From Candidatus Poribacteria bacterium (GTDB taxonomy: Bacteria; Poribacteria; WGA-4E; PCPOR2b): a stretch of DNA of 64,000 nt. Location of the stretch: the NCBI GenBank assembly GCA_965218095.1, contig OZ244587.1:3392001-3456000 (forward strand). The letters run 5' to 3'. Both the position numbers and the translations under genes were made by a program. Of the stretch, positions 40,827-49,746 are shown piece after piece (position 1 is the stretch's first letter; each line of letters opens with the position of its first letter). The notes below the pieces were generated by a model. The model saw only the letters and a list, made by a program, of their open reading frames with translations, searched no databases and was not told the origin of the DNA.

Positions 40827-42686
40827 ATGTCAAGTTTCCGTACCATTTCACGGCTACTCATTTGTCTGTTTCTCCTGTGCAGCTCTGCCATCGCACAAAT
40901 CGTCGAAATTCCCGACCCTAACCTCGCGGCGGCGATACGGGATAACCTCGGCTTAAACCCAAACGAACCAATACAGCAAGAAGATTTGTTGCGCCTCACC
41001 AGTCTTGAAGCAATAGACAGAGGCATCAAAGACCTCACAGGTCTCGAGTATATGACAAATCTTAGAGGATTTAATCTCTACAAAAACGAAATCGTTGACA
41101 TAAGCCCACTGGCGAGTCTAACCAAACTCACATGGTTTAACCTCTTGAGCAACCAGATAGTTGATCTAACTCCCCTCCGTAAACTCGTAAGACTAAGAAC
41201 CATCATACTTAGCAACAACCGAATTAAAGATGTTCATCCACTCGGATCTCTCACAAATCTAGTTTATCTAAATCTACGCCACAATCAGATTACAGATTTC
41301 ACACCACTTGCCAATCTAGTAAACCTTGAAAGACTTAGAATCGAGTACAATCCCAGCACCGATATCAGTTTTGCCAATGGTCTAAACCTAATCGAGTTTA
41401 TTTATCACGAAATCTGTGACCTGCCGAGACTTCCAATTCAAGAACGCATAGATAATCGAAGTTTCCCATCGATCTTTCAAGCATGGAATGGACTGATAGA
41501 TGATTCATTAACAGAAGACGATCGAACAGCACTCCATGATATCTATTGGGGACCATATTTTAGGCTCGATTGGCGAGAAGGCTTCCAGCTAGTCGGCGAC
41601 TTAAAAGCCTCCCGGGCGAGCCGTGACCTATTGCTCACCAAAAATCCCAACATGCTGATCGTTACTCATATTTTCATGCGAGGCGGCTCCATAACGAATT
41701 TCTTCCCCGAAAACTTTCCCTACTGGATTAGAGATGAAAACGGCAACCCTATCGTCGGAGGACCGAATTCATTTCTCCTGGATTTCACACACCCCGGCAT
41801 GCAAGATATAATTGTTCAACAAGCCATCGCACTCTCAAGATGTGGGTTGTTTGATGGTATCCTCATCGACTGGTGGCGTGAGGATGTAAACGTTTTACGC
41901 GATCATCGAAGCTTTGAGGCAGAGCAACAAGCGCGAGATATAATTATTCAAGCCGTCCGCGCTGCGGTTGGCCCTGATTTTTTAATCATAGTCAACAGCA
42001 ATCGGAGTAAAATTCCACGCACGGGGCCTGGCAATATCAACGGCATCTTCATGGAAACCCATCGCGACCACGACGACGGCTACACACATGAGTCCCTTAT
42101 GCGGATTGAAAGCACCCTGCTCTGGGCAGAAGAAAACCTCAGGGCGCCACAGCTTAACTGTTTAGAGAACACAAGCGTTAAATATGGCGCACCAGACTCC
42201 CCCGAGAACCAACAATGGATGCGAGTCTTCACCACCCTGACCCTCACCCACTCCGATGGGTATGTGCTCTCAGTGTTTGGCGACTTGCACGCGCATATTT
42301 GGTATGACTTCTGGGGCGCCGACCTCGGACGCCCCATTGGACCAAAGGGTCAACCCTACCAAAACCACGAGGGAGTCTTTATCCGAGAGTTCACCAACGG
42401 CTGGGCGGTCTACAACCGCAGCAGCAAACCCCAAGAAATCACCCTGCCGAGCCCCGCCACAGGTGTCGAAAGCCAACACACCGGCGCCACCCACCAGCTT
42501 CCTGACCTCGACGGCGAAATCTACCTCAAATCCCCCGTATCGCCATACGACCTGAACAAAGATGGCATGGTGAATATCTTCGATTTAATCATCGTCGCCA
42601 ATCGGTTCGGCGCCCCCACTGGCGATGTCAACGGAGATGGGACCACCGACATCTTCGACCTCGTTCTCGTTAGCCAGAATTTCTAA
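40827..42686 (+). CDS. Secreted internalin-like LRR protein with a putative glycoside-hydrolase-like domain and dockerin-like C-terminus, embedded between CRISPR repeats
   Basis: Signal peptide; IPDPNL cap; 22-aa LRRs (L..L.L..NQI.DL.PL); FDGILIDWW; DLNKDGMVNIFDL / DVNGDGTTDIFDL. Confidence 0.88.
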   Translation: MSSFRTISRLLICLFLLCSSAIAQIVEIPDPNLAAAIRDNLGLNPNEPIQQEDLLRLTSLEAIDRGIKDLTGLEYMTNLRGFNLYKNEIVDISPLASLTKLTWFNLLSNQIVDLTPLRKLVRLRTIILSNNRIKDVHPLGSLTNLVYLNLRHNQITDFTPLANLVNLERLRIEYNPSTDISFANGLNLIEFIYHEICDLPRLPIQERIDNRSFPSIFQAWNGLIDDSLTEDDRTALHDIYWGPYFRLDWREGFQLVGDLKASRASRDLLLTKNPNMLIVTHIFMRGGSITNFFPENFPYWIRDENGNPIVGGPNSFLLDFTHPGMQDIIVQQAIALSRCGLFDGILIDWWREDVNVLRDHRSFEAEQQARDIIIQAVRAAVGPDFLIIVNSNRSKIPRTGPGNINGIFMETHRDHDDGYTHESLMRIESTLLWAEENLRAPQLNCLENTSVKYGAPDSPENQQWMRVFTTLTLTHSDGYVLSVFGDLHAHIWYDFWGADLGRPIGPKGQPYQNHEGVFIREFTNGWAVYNRSSKPQEITLPSPATGVESQHTGATHQLPDLDGEIYLKSPVSPYDLNKDGMVNIFDLIIVANRFGAPTGDVNGDGTTDIFDLVLVSQNF

Positions 42687-42748
42687 ATAGGGTTTGTTTC
42701 AATCCTTGCCCCGACGAAAAGGGGACTGAAAGCAACCAAGGAGGTTTT

Positions 42749-42934
42749 ATGACATTACGAATTTGGGAAGCAATTATTGGCGTGCTTTTCTACATCGCCG
42801 CTGGCATTATTGTCGGGGGCATAATCCTATTGATTTTCTATGTTAGACATGAATTAGGACTTTCTGATTCATTCTGGCCCGCCGAACTCGAAGATGTATT
42901 CGAGAAAATTCGAGATAAGAGGAAGGAGAATTAA
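42749..42934 (+). CDS. Small single-pass membrane protein (61 aa) embedded between CRISPR repeats
   Basis: AAGGAGG RBS; about 24-residue hydrophobic stretch and charged C-terminus. Confidence 0.7.
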   Translation: MTLRIWEAIIGVLFYIAAGIIVGGIILLIFYVRHELGLSDSFWPAELEDVFEKIRDKRKEN

Positions 42935-43082
42935 GATGAACAAGACTTTTATCGACGACCATTTAGTTTCAACCTTTGCCCCGACGAAAAGGGGACTGAA
43001 AGCCGGCGACGCCTACACCGTTGGATTCGGATTCGCGCCGTTTCAATCCTTGCCCCGATGAAAAGGGGACTGAAAGAGCACA

Positions 43083-43120
43083 AAACTAGGCGACCGCCCC
43101 GAAGGACAATCGCCTAGTTT
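43083..43120 (+). terminator. Terminator-like hairpin formed by a spacer and the start of the next repeat
   Basis: AAACTAGGCGA...TCGCCTAGTTT 11-bp inverted repeat. Confidence 0.5.
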
Positions 43121-43352
43121 CAATCCTTATCCCGACGAAAAGGGGACTGAAAGAGCACTTTCCCACTTTCACCCCCTCTCACCTGCTTCTTGTTTCAATC
43201 CTTGCCCCGACGAAAAGGAGACTGAAAGAGCACAAAAAAAGGTGACCGCCCCGAAGGACAATCGCCTAGTTTCAATCCGTTCAAAGCATTACGTCGTCAA
43301 ATGGAGCCCTGTCGCGTTGGGCAAAGGAAGGCACAGCATGAAGGTGTATTTG

Positions 43353-43419
43353 CTAACCCCCCTGACAAGGGGGGACGGGAAAACGCCTCCCTTGTCAGAC
43401 CCCCTTCTCAGGGGGTTAC
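43353..43419. repeat. Miniature inverted-repeat element, copy 2
   Basis: CTAACCCCCCTGACAAGGGGGG...CAGACCCCCTTCTCAGGGGGTTA, related to 11210-11274. Confidence 0.65.
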
Positions 43420-43540
43420 GACATCCCGATGAAGTTGGGATTTTTCAAAGCTGTCCCTTTGCCGGGCTTTGTCTTCCATGAGAACGTGCAGGAAGCATCA
43501 ACGGCGGACAACTTCGAGGTGGTGGTCAAGAACGAATAAG

Positions 43541-44806
43541 TTAGTCTCTCACCCTGATTATATCCGCACCAATCCCCGCAAGTTTCTTTTCGATCAATTC
43601 ATATCCGCGATCGATATGGTAGACGCGGGAAACCACCGTTTCTCCTTCAGCCGCTATGCCAGCAAGAACCAAAACCGCCCCGGCACGCAGATCCGATGCC
43701 ATAACAGGGGCGCCGCTCAGTTTAGGCGCACCGCGTACCACCGCCCGGTTTCCTTCGACGCGAATATCCGCACCCATGCGATTGAGTTCGCTGGCATGCA
43801 TGAAACGATCTGAGTAGATGCCTTCTGCGATAACGCTGACACCTGGCATAATACTGAGAAGTCCCATCATCTGCGCTTGCATATCGGTTGGAAAGCCCGG
43901 GTATATATCGGTGATCACATTGACAGCTTGGAGGCACCGTGGCGTCGTCACGCGAACCCCATTATCCGCCCAATCCAGTTGAACGCCTGCCTTAAGTAGT
44001 TTTTCGCACACGGCGCCGAGGTGCTCCGGTAGCGCATGCTTGACAAAAACATTCCCCTTCGTGATGGCGCCCGCAACCATGAATGTTCCCGCCTCGATAC
44101 GGTCTGGAATGACAGTATGTTCCGTGCCGCGAAGTCGCTTGACGCCATGTATCGTCAAGGTGGAAGTCCCGGCCCTTTTGACCTTTGCTCCCATTGCATT
44201 GAGGAAATTCGCTAGGTCAGCGACCTCCGGCTCACAGGCAGCGCCACGGATAATCGTCGTGCCTTCCGCCAGCGTTGCCGCCATCATGACGTTTGCCGTT
44301 GCACCGACGCTTGAACCGTGTGGTCCTCTCAGATACATCTCCGCACCGACCAGCCGATCCGCTCGCGCAACGATATAGCCGCCGTCAATCTCAATCTCTG
44401 CACCGAGTTGCTCCAACCCTTTCAGGTGCAGATCTATCGGACGTGGACCGATTGCACAACCGCCAGGGAAAGAGACCTTTGCCATGCCTAAACGCGCAGC
44501 GAGCGGCCCCAGCACATAGATCGACGCCCGCATTTTCCGGACGAGATCGTAAGGGGCTTCATAAGCAATCCGGTTTCCCGGTTCGATATAGAGGCTTGAA
44601 TTTTTGAACTTTGCCGTTGCCCCTAGCACCTCAAGCACCGCGCACAGGGTATCAATATCCCTCAGATTTGGAACATTGTGGATGACACTTGCGCTGTCTG
44701 CCAAAATCGCGGCGGCGACAGCGATGGGAAGCGTCGCATTTTTAGAACCGCTGACTGAAATTGTGCCTTCGAGTCGTTTGCCGCCGTTGATGATTAACTT
44801 ATCCAT
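43541..44806 (-). CDS. murA: UDP-N-acetylglucosamine 1-carboxyvinyltransferase
   Basis: GSKNA, MRAS, PGGCAIGPRPIDLH, SVGAT, PGFPTDMQAQ, HIDRGYE. Confidence 0.97.
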   Translation of the reverse strand: MDKLIINGGKRLEGTISVSGSKNATLPIAVAAAILADSASVIHNVPNLRDIDTLCAVLEVLGATAKFKNSSLYIEPGNRIAYEAPYDLVRKMRASIYVLGPLAARLGMAKVSFPGGCAIGPRPIDLHLKGLEQLGAEIEIDGGYIVARADRLVGAEMYLRGPHGSSVGATANVMMAATLAEGTTIIRGAACEPEVADLANFLNAMGAKVKRAGTSTLTIHGVKRLRGTEHTVIPDRIEAGTFMVAGAITKGNVFVKHALPEHLGAVCEKLLKAGVQLDWADNGVRVTTPRCLQAVNVITDIYPGFPTDMQAQMMGLLSIMPGVSVIAEGIYSDRFMHASELNRMGADIRVEGNRAVVRGAPKLSGAPVMASDLRAGAVLVLAGIAAEGETVVSRVYHIDRGYELIEKKLAGIGADIIRVRD

Positions 44807-45230
44807 TATGAATTCTCCTCAGCTTAGAATAGATTCGCGATGTATATAGGCATCAACGGCGCCAGGTCATTAATCGTTTCGTTGAAGGGGTTGTACGGCT
44901 GTCAACCCTCAAAACCGACGTGTCGGAACAACCGCATGTCGTGGAAACACCTCACGGATTTCATCCGCTTAGGGTCTACATTCGCTGGTCCCTGGAACAC
45001 GAAGGCCGGTCGTCCGTTGAGGTTGAGAATTGGATGGCCCGCAATGTAGCGACGATGAGTTTGAACAGGATCATGACCAGGTTGGAAGAAAAATGATTAA
45101 TACCAGTTTTCGATCAGATCCTTAGTAACCTTTAGATCTGGTATAAGGAAGCGTTACTCCTTGTGATCACCCGTTGAAGAGGATTGTGCCTCCGATAAAT
45201 CGGGAAAAGTCCACGTACAATCCGAAATCG

Positions 45231-46139
45231 TCAACCCAAAATCGCTTGACACTGCTCCCTTGCTTCCACCAGTTCTTCCACCTGTCCGCCTCGGACTTCC
45301 AAAACCACTGGGATATCCGGTGAAATCCCCGCCAGAATCTCCTCGAAATCAAGGTCTCCAAAGCCGGGTGGGTGATACGCCTCAAGGTCTTTGAGATCGT
45401 GGAGGTTAATGCCAATGAGGTCCCCTTTGTACACCTCCAGCCAACGATTTGACCAACAGAGTCCAATCCGCTCCTGTAATGCGGCATGTCCGACATCGTG
45501 CCAATACCGCATGTTACTCCCCTCAAACTTCTCCAAAAACAATCCGGCCTCGTCAAAGTTAGGGATTTGATAATAGCGGGGTCGATTCTCGATTGCCAGG
45601 TAGAGCTCCATGCGCAACGCCGTTTCGTTCAACGTATCGAGGCTGAACATCACAGCGTCCTGATGCTTCGCCTCCTTGCGTTTACGCCATTCAGTTGCTT
45701 CCTCGACCTTCACCCCGAACGCCTCAAATTCTCGTTCACCATACTCATACAGATCATACATGAGGTAAGAGCGATCGTAGGTATCCACCTCGCCCAAATG
45801 GAGCACAACGATCGTGACCTCAAGATCGACTGCCAACTCCATCGTCTGGATCGTTTGCTTGACAGCCTCCCTTCGCTCATCCGCATCTAGGCTTGATAGG
45901 TGAATCGGGTCATTTTCCGCGTCGGACTGCGGAATACCGGGCAGAGTGGGACAAAAGTTGTGGATGGAGCAGATCTGGATTTCGTTCAAGTGGGGCTTGA
46001 TTTGCTCGATCTGTTCCCGCGTCAGGTGTCGGCTCAGTTCAATAGCATCAAACCCAGGTTCTTTAAGTTCGTCAAGCATCGCCGCTCCATCAGGTTGCTT
46101 CAGGGCATTCCACATCGTCGAAATCGCTATCATCCTCAC
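45231..46139 (-). CDS. Sugar phosphate isomerase/epimerase (AP-endonuclease-2 TIM barrel) family
   Basis: SIHNFCP, AIENR, WHDVGHA, LHD...HPPGFG, VLE. Confidence 0.85.
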   Translation of the reverse strand: MRMIAISTMWNALKQPDGAAMLDELKEPGFDAIELSRHLTREQIEQIKPHLNEIQICSIHNFCPTLPGIPQSDAENDPIHLSSLDADERREAVKQTIQTMELAVDLEVTIVVLHLGEVDTYDRSYLMYDLYEYGEREFEAFGVKVEEATEWRKRKEAKHQDAVMFSLDTLNETALRMELYLAIENRPRYYQIPNFDEAGLFLEKFEGSNMRYWHDVGHAALQERIGLCWSNRWLEVYKGDLIGINLHDLKDLEAYHPPGFGDLDFEEILAGISPDIPVVLEVRGGQVEELVEAREQCQAILG

Positions 46140-46744
46140 ACCTCCTTTACGATGACCTTCTTGCCAACAACTTCAAGCCTGCCTGCCGCATACCACTTGA
46201 TGACCTGCGGATAGAGCTTATGCTCCTCGACCTTAATGCGCGTGTGCAGGATGTCCTCGTCATCGTCATCGTATACAGGAACCGCAGCCTGCGCGATGAT
46301 TGGTCCTGAATCAACCCCCTCGTCGACAAAATGGATGGTCACGCCGCTGACCTTCACACCGTGCACGAGGGTATCACGTACCGGGTGCGCTCCCGGAAAG
46401 GCAGGCATCAGTGCAGCATGGGTGTTGATGATGCGGTTTCGATACTTTTGCACAAATGCGGACTGAAACAGCTTCATAAAGCCTGCCAGAACGATTAGCT
46501 CGACTTCATACTTGTCAACGATTCTTGAAATTTCTGCATCAAACGTATTGCGATTGGGAAAATCTCTGACCCTGACGACACAGGTGGGAATGCCTGCTTT
46601 CTTCGCACGAGTGAGTGCGTAGGCTTTTCTTCGATCGCTGATGACCACGGCGATCTTAACCCCGCTGTCATTACCTTGGTGGAGCTGATCGATTAGGGTC
46701 TGTAAATTGGTGCCGCTACCAGAAACTAAAACTGCTATTTTCAT
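46136..46744 (-). CDS. purN: Phosphoribosylglycinamide formyltransferase
   Basis: SGSGTNLQ, LAGFM, INTH, GVTIHFVDEGVDSGPII. Confidence 0.96.
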   Translation of the reverse strand: MKIAVLVSGSGTNLQTLIDQLHQGNDSGVKIAVVISDRRKAYALTRAKKAGIPTCVVRVRDFPNRNTFDAEISRIVDKYEVELIVLAGFMKLFQSAFVQKYRNRIINTHAALMPAFPGAHPVRDTLVHGVKVSGVTIHFVDEGVDSGPIIAQAAVPVYDDDDEDILHTRIKVEEHKLYPQVIKWYAAGRLEVVGKKVIVKEV

Positions 46745-47115
46745 GTTCTCTGATAGATCTCCTTTGCAAACTCACGTGTACACCTAGCGAAGAAAATCGC
46801 TGATTTCGACCTCCGCCGCTGTGGAAAAAAGATCCTTCGATTCATCAGTGACCAGTTGAAATGTCTTCTTGGCTTCTCTCGACGTAAAACGATTATAAGC
46901 CATCTTCCGTCTTCCCTTCGTGCGATGACGTGTGAAGTTATTGACACCTGATGGATTATTTCTATTGTAGCATATGAGCAAGCCGGACGTAAAGCGTAAT
47001 TCGAGATTTTTTGTTTGACCACATGTTCGTAGGGTGATATAATGCTTAACCGACCAATTACGATTGGATACAGCAGGCAACCCTTGCCGTCACCAATGCG
47101 GTCTCCAGGTCTGGC

Positions 47116-47361
47116 TTGTTTGAAAACGCCGAAAGTCAGGGCGTTGGCGATCTCATCTTAAAGACGGAGGTCTTGTCTGTTGAGACAGAGCGGTTCGGTC
47201 ATCCGAGCAGCGTGACGCTCGACGAGCGAGGTGCGTGGCAAGCTCTACGACGCCGTCATGTGTTTGTCTACTACTCCGGTCACGGTGCGCCGCACCCTGA
47301 GAGTGAGCGTGGATACCTGATTCCTGTCGATGCAGGGGCAAGCAGATCTTGTTTTGGTTAG
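47116..47361 (+). pseudogene. Caspase-like (peptidase C14) gene fragment
   Basis: VFVYYSGHGAP....GYLIPVDA His motif; the catalytic Cys half is missing. Confidence 0.7.
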
Positions 47362-47440
47362 ATTGAATTGAGGTATGGAACGTGAAACATGAAACGTAAA
47401 AAATCTGTATCTACCACGCAAACAGAATTCGGAGGAGCTC

Positions 47441-48247
47441 ATGCGGCAAGCATCCGCAGTCGGAATGATTAACACATTTCGGCTTGATGATAAAGTCAGC
47501 ATCGTGACAGGCGCCAGTCGCGGAATTGGGCTGGCAATGGCAGAAGGCCTGGCTGGGGCGGGTTCGGATCTGGTCATTGTGGGGCGAAACATCGAAACGC
47601 TCAACCCCGTCGCTGAACGAATCGCGAATGAAAGTGGTCGGCAGGTGCTCCCAATCCAAACTGACATTGGCAATATGGATGAAATCGAGCCGCTTGTCAA
47701 GCAGGCCATGGATCGATTTGGCAAAATCAACGTCCTCGTCAACAACGCCGGGATTAACGCCCGCAACCCTGCTGAAGCGTATACCGAAGCAGATTGGGAT
47801 GCCGTCACCGATGTCAACATCAAGGGAACCTTTTTTCTGACGCAAGCGTGCGGGAAGGTGATGATTGAGCAGAAGGGGGGCAAGATTATCAACACGCTTT
47901 CCTTGACTTCGGCGGTTGGGCTTCCCACTGTTATTGCGTACACGGCGGCAAAAGGGGGGTTGATGCAGCTCACGAAGTTGCTCGCCGTTGAATGGGCGGT
48001 CCATAACATTCAGGTCAACGGCATCGCCCCTGGTTTTATCCGAACGGAACTGACCAAACCGTTGCAAGAAGATAGCCGTAACCAATGGGTGCTGAATCGC
48101 ACGCCGGCCTATCGCTGGGGAGAACCGGAAGATCTGGCTGGCTTGACCATTTACCTTGCATCTGCTGCTTCCGATTTCGTCACAGGACAGGTGATTTTTG
48201 TCGACGGCGGTTATATGGCGGGAAGTGATTGGCGGTATCAGGCTTAG
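47441..48247 (+). CDS. Short-chain dehydrogenase (KduD / gluconate 5-dehydrogenase-like)
   Basis: TGASRGIG, NNAG, YTAAK, NGIAPG. Confidence 0.92.
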   Translation: MRQASAVGMINTFRLDDKVSIVTGASRGIGLAMAEGLAGAGSDLVIVGRNIETLNPVAERIANESGRQVLPIQTDIGNMDEIEPLVKQAMDRFGKINVLVNNAGINARNPAEAYTEADWDAVTDVNIKGTFFLTQACGKVMIEQKGGKIINTLSLTSAVGLPTVIAYTAAKGGLMQLTKLLAVEWAVHNIQVNGIAPGFIRTELTKPLQEDSRNQWVLNRTPAYRWGEPEDLAGLTIYLASAASDFVTGQVIFVDGGYMAGSDWRYQA

Positions 48248-48454
48248 ATTCATCCAACCTTGCGAGGGTTTGATGAAGATTAAGAAAATAATTTGTAGTG
48301 GTCAACATGATGATCGACACCTCGATCGGCGTGGCCCCGATGGATCGGGAGGCGAGCCATTGCCAAATCATGGGATTACCGAAATAAATAATGAAGTTCC
48401 ATAAACCTTCGCAAAATTCAATCAATGAAAAGCACGTTTGAACGGAGGACTTTT

Positions 48455-49714
48455 ATGAAAATCACGGAGATTGAACCTATCGCGTTGCGTGTGCCTTACG
48501 AAGAACGCATTCGCAAGAGATATTACCATTTTGCTATGAACGAAGAGGTTACAGTCTATGAATTTCATACGGATACCGGCTTGATTGGGCTCGGAGAGAA
48601 CCCCGGTCCGCCCTTTGAGCAGGAGCTCCTCGATGCCTACCTCGGCACCAATCCGTTCGATCATGTTATGGGGCGAGGACGGTTCAACCTCGATATGGCT
48701 TGCTATGACCTGATGGGCAAACATTTGGGGCTACCGGCCTGGAAACTGATGGGGCAGCAGGTACGCCAATGGGTATCGATGGGCTGGTGGATGCCCTGCA
48801 TGTCTCCCGAAGATTCGGCCGCCGAAGTACAGGTAGCTGCTGAGCGCGGGTATCGCGGACTCAAGTGCAAGGCCAGAGCATTTTATGATGTGGTCGAGCA
48901 ATCGCATGCCATTCAGGAGGTGGCGCCGCCGGACTTTCGGGTGGAGTACGATTTCAACGGCGCATTGATTAACGTGGAGAAGGCACTGCCTATCCTGCGC
49001 GAGTTGGAGAAGATTCCGGTGGTCAAAGGCGTGGAAGAACCAATCTTTGCTTATGATGTCGAGGGTTGGCGACGACTCCACCGGGAGATTCGCATTCCCT
49101 TCTACCTGCACGGCATCGGCGTCATCCAAGAGGGGGCTTCACGCACGCCTTCGGGACCCTGGATTGGGCTCCGCGCGGGCGATTTCGATGGCGCGCTTTG
49201 TAGTCATGAATCTGTCAGGAGCGCGTTGGCGTCCTGTTGGGCGTTTGCCGCCGCAAACACGCCTATTCTGTTACAGTACGTGGGCACCGGCATTACCGCA
49301 GCGTTTGCCTGTCATCTGGGAGCGGTGATGCCGACAGCGACCCTGCCGGGCGTGACGGCAAGCCACACCTACGAAGATGACCTGATTACGGAAGCGCATA
49401 CGATCCAGCGAGGGTTCATGAAGGTCCCTGAAGGTCCAGGCCTGGGTGTGGAGTTGGATGAGGATGCTGTTAAGCGTTATGCCCAGACCCCTGTGCCGGA
49501 ATGGCCCCGACATCTCTCCGTAGTTTCGCTGCCCGGTGGAGTCAAGCACTATTACCGGAATTTACGGCAAGCTGAGGGGCTCATGAAACAGGGGGTGGAC
49601 GAATCTTTTGCACCCGGTGTCCGGCTGGACGAATGGGAGGACGATGGTAGCGAAGAGTTCGATAGCCTCTGGAAGCAGCTCCAGGAGACCGATTGGCCGG
49701 TGTGGGAGACGTAA
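48455..49714 (+). CDS. Mandelate racemase / muconate lactonizing enzyme family
   Basis: G.GE, DMACYDLMGK.LGLP, KCK, DFN, EEP, PEGPGLGVELD. Confidence 0.88.
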   Translation: MKITEIEPIALRVPYEERIRKRYYHFAMNEEVTVYEFHTDTGLIGLGENPGPPFEQELLDAYLGTNPFDHVMGRGRFNLDMACYDLMGKHLGLPAWKLMGQQVRQWVSMGWWMPCMSPEDSAAEVQVAAERGYRGLKCKARAFYDVVEQSHAIQEVAPPDFRVEYDFNGALINVEKALPILRELEKIPVVKGVEEPIFAYDVEGWRRLHREIRIPFYLHGIGVIQEGASRTPSGPWIGLRAGDFDGALCSHESVRSALASCWAFAAANTPILLQYVGTGITAAFACHLGAVMPTATLPGVTASHTYEDDLITEAHTIQRGFMKVPEGPGLGVELDEDAVKRYAQTPVPEWPRHLSVVSLPGGVKHYYRNLRQAEGLMKQGVDESFAPGVRLDEWEDDGSEEFDSLWKQLQETDWPVWET

Positions 49715-49746
49715 ATTTCAATGTTCAGAAATGAGGAAGTACAACG

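Larger units (their letters stand above)
32073..43278 (+). CRISPR. Type I-D CRISPR array; about 121 repeats of GTTTCAACCTTTGCCCCGATGAAAAGGGGACTGAAAG (37 bp); mostly 33-40 bp spacers plus three gene-sized spacers near the trailer
   Basis: Manual count; CCCC/GGGG hairpin and GAAAG 3' end; variants accumulate towards the trailer; truncated last repeat at 43269-43278. Confidence 0.98.

Noticed and set aside
47411-48253. 280-aa antisense ORF over the SDR gene
   Set aside because: Typical antisense shadow of an SDR gene.
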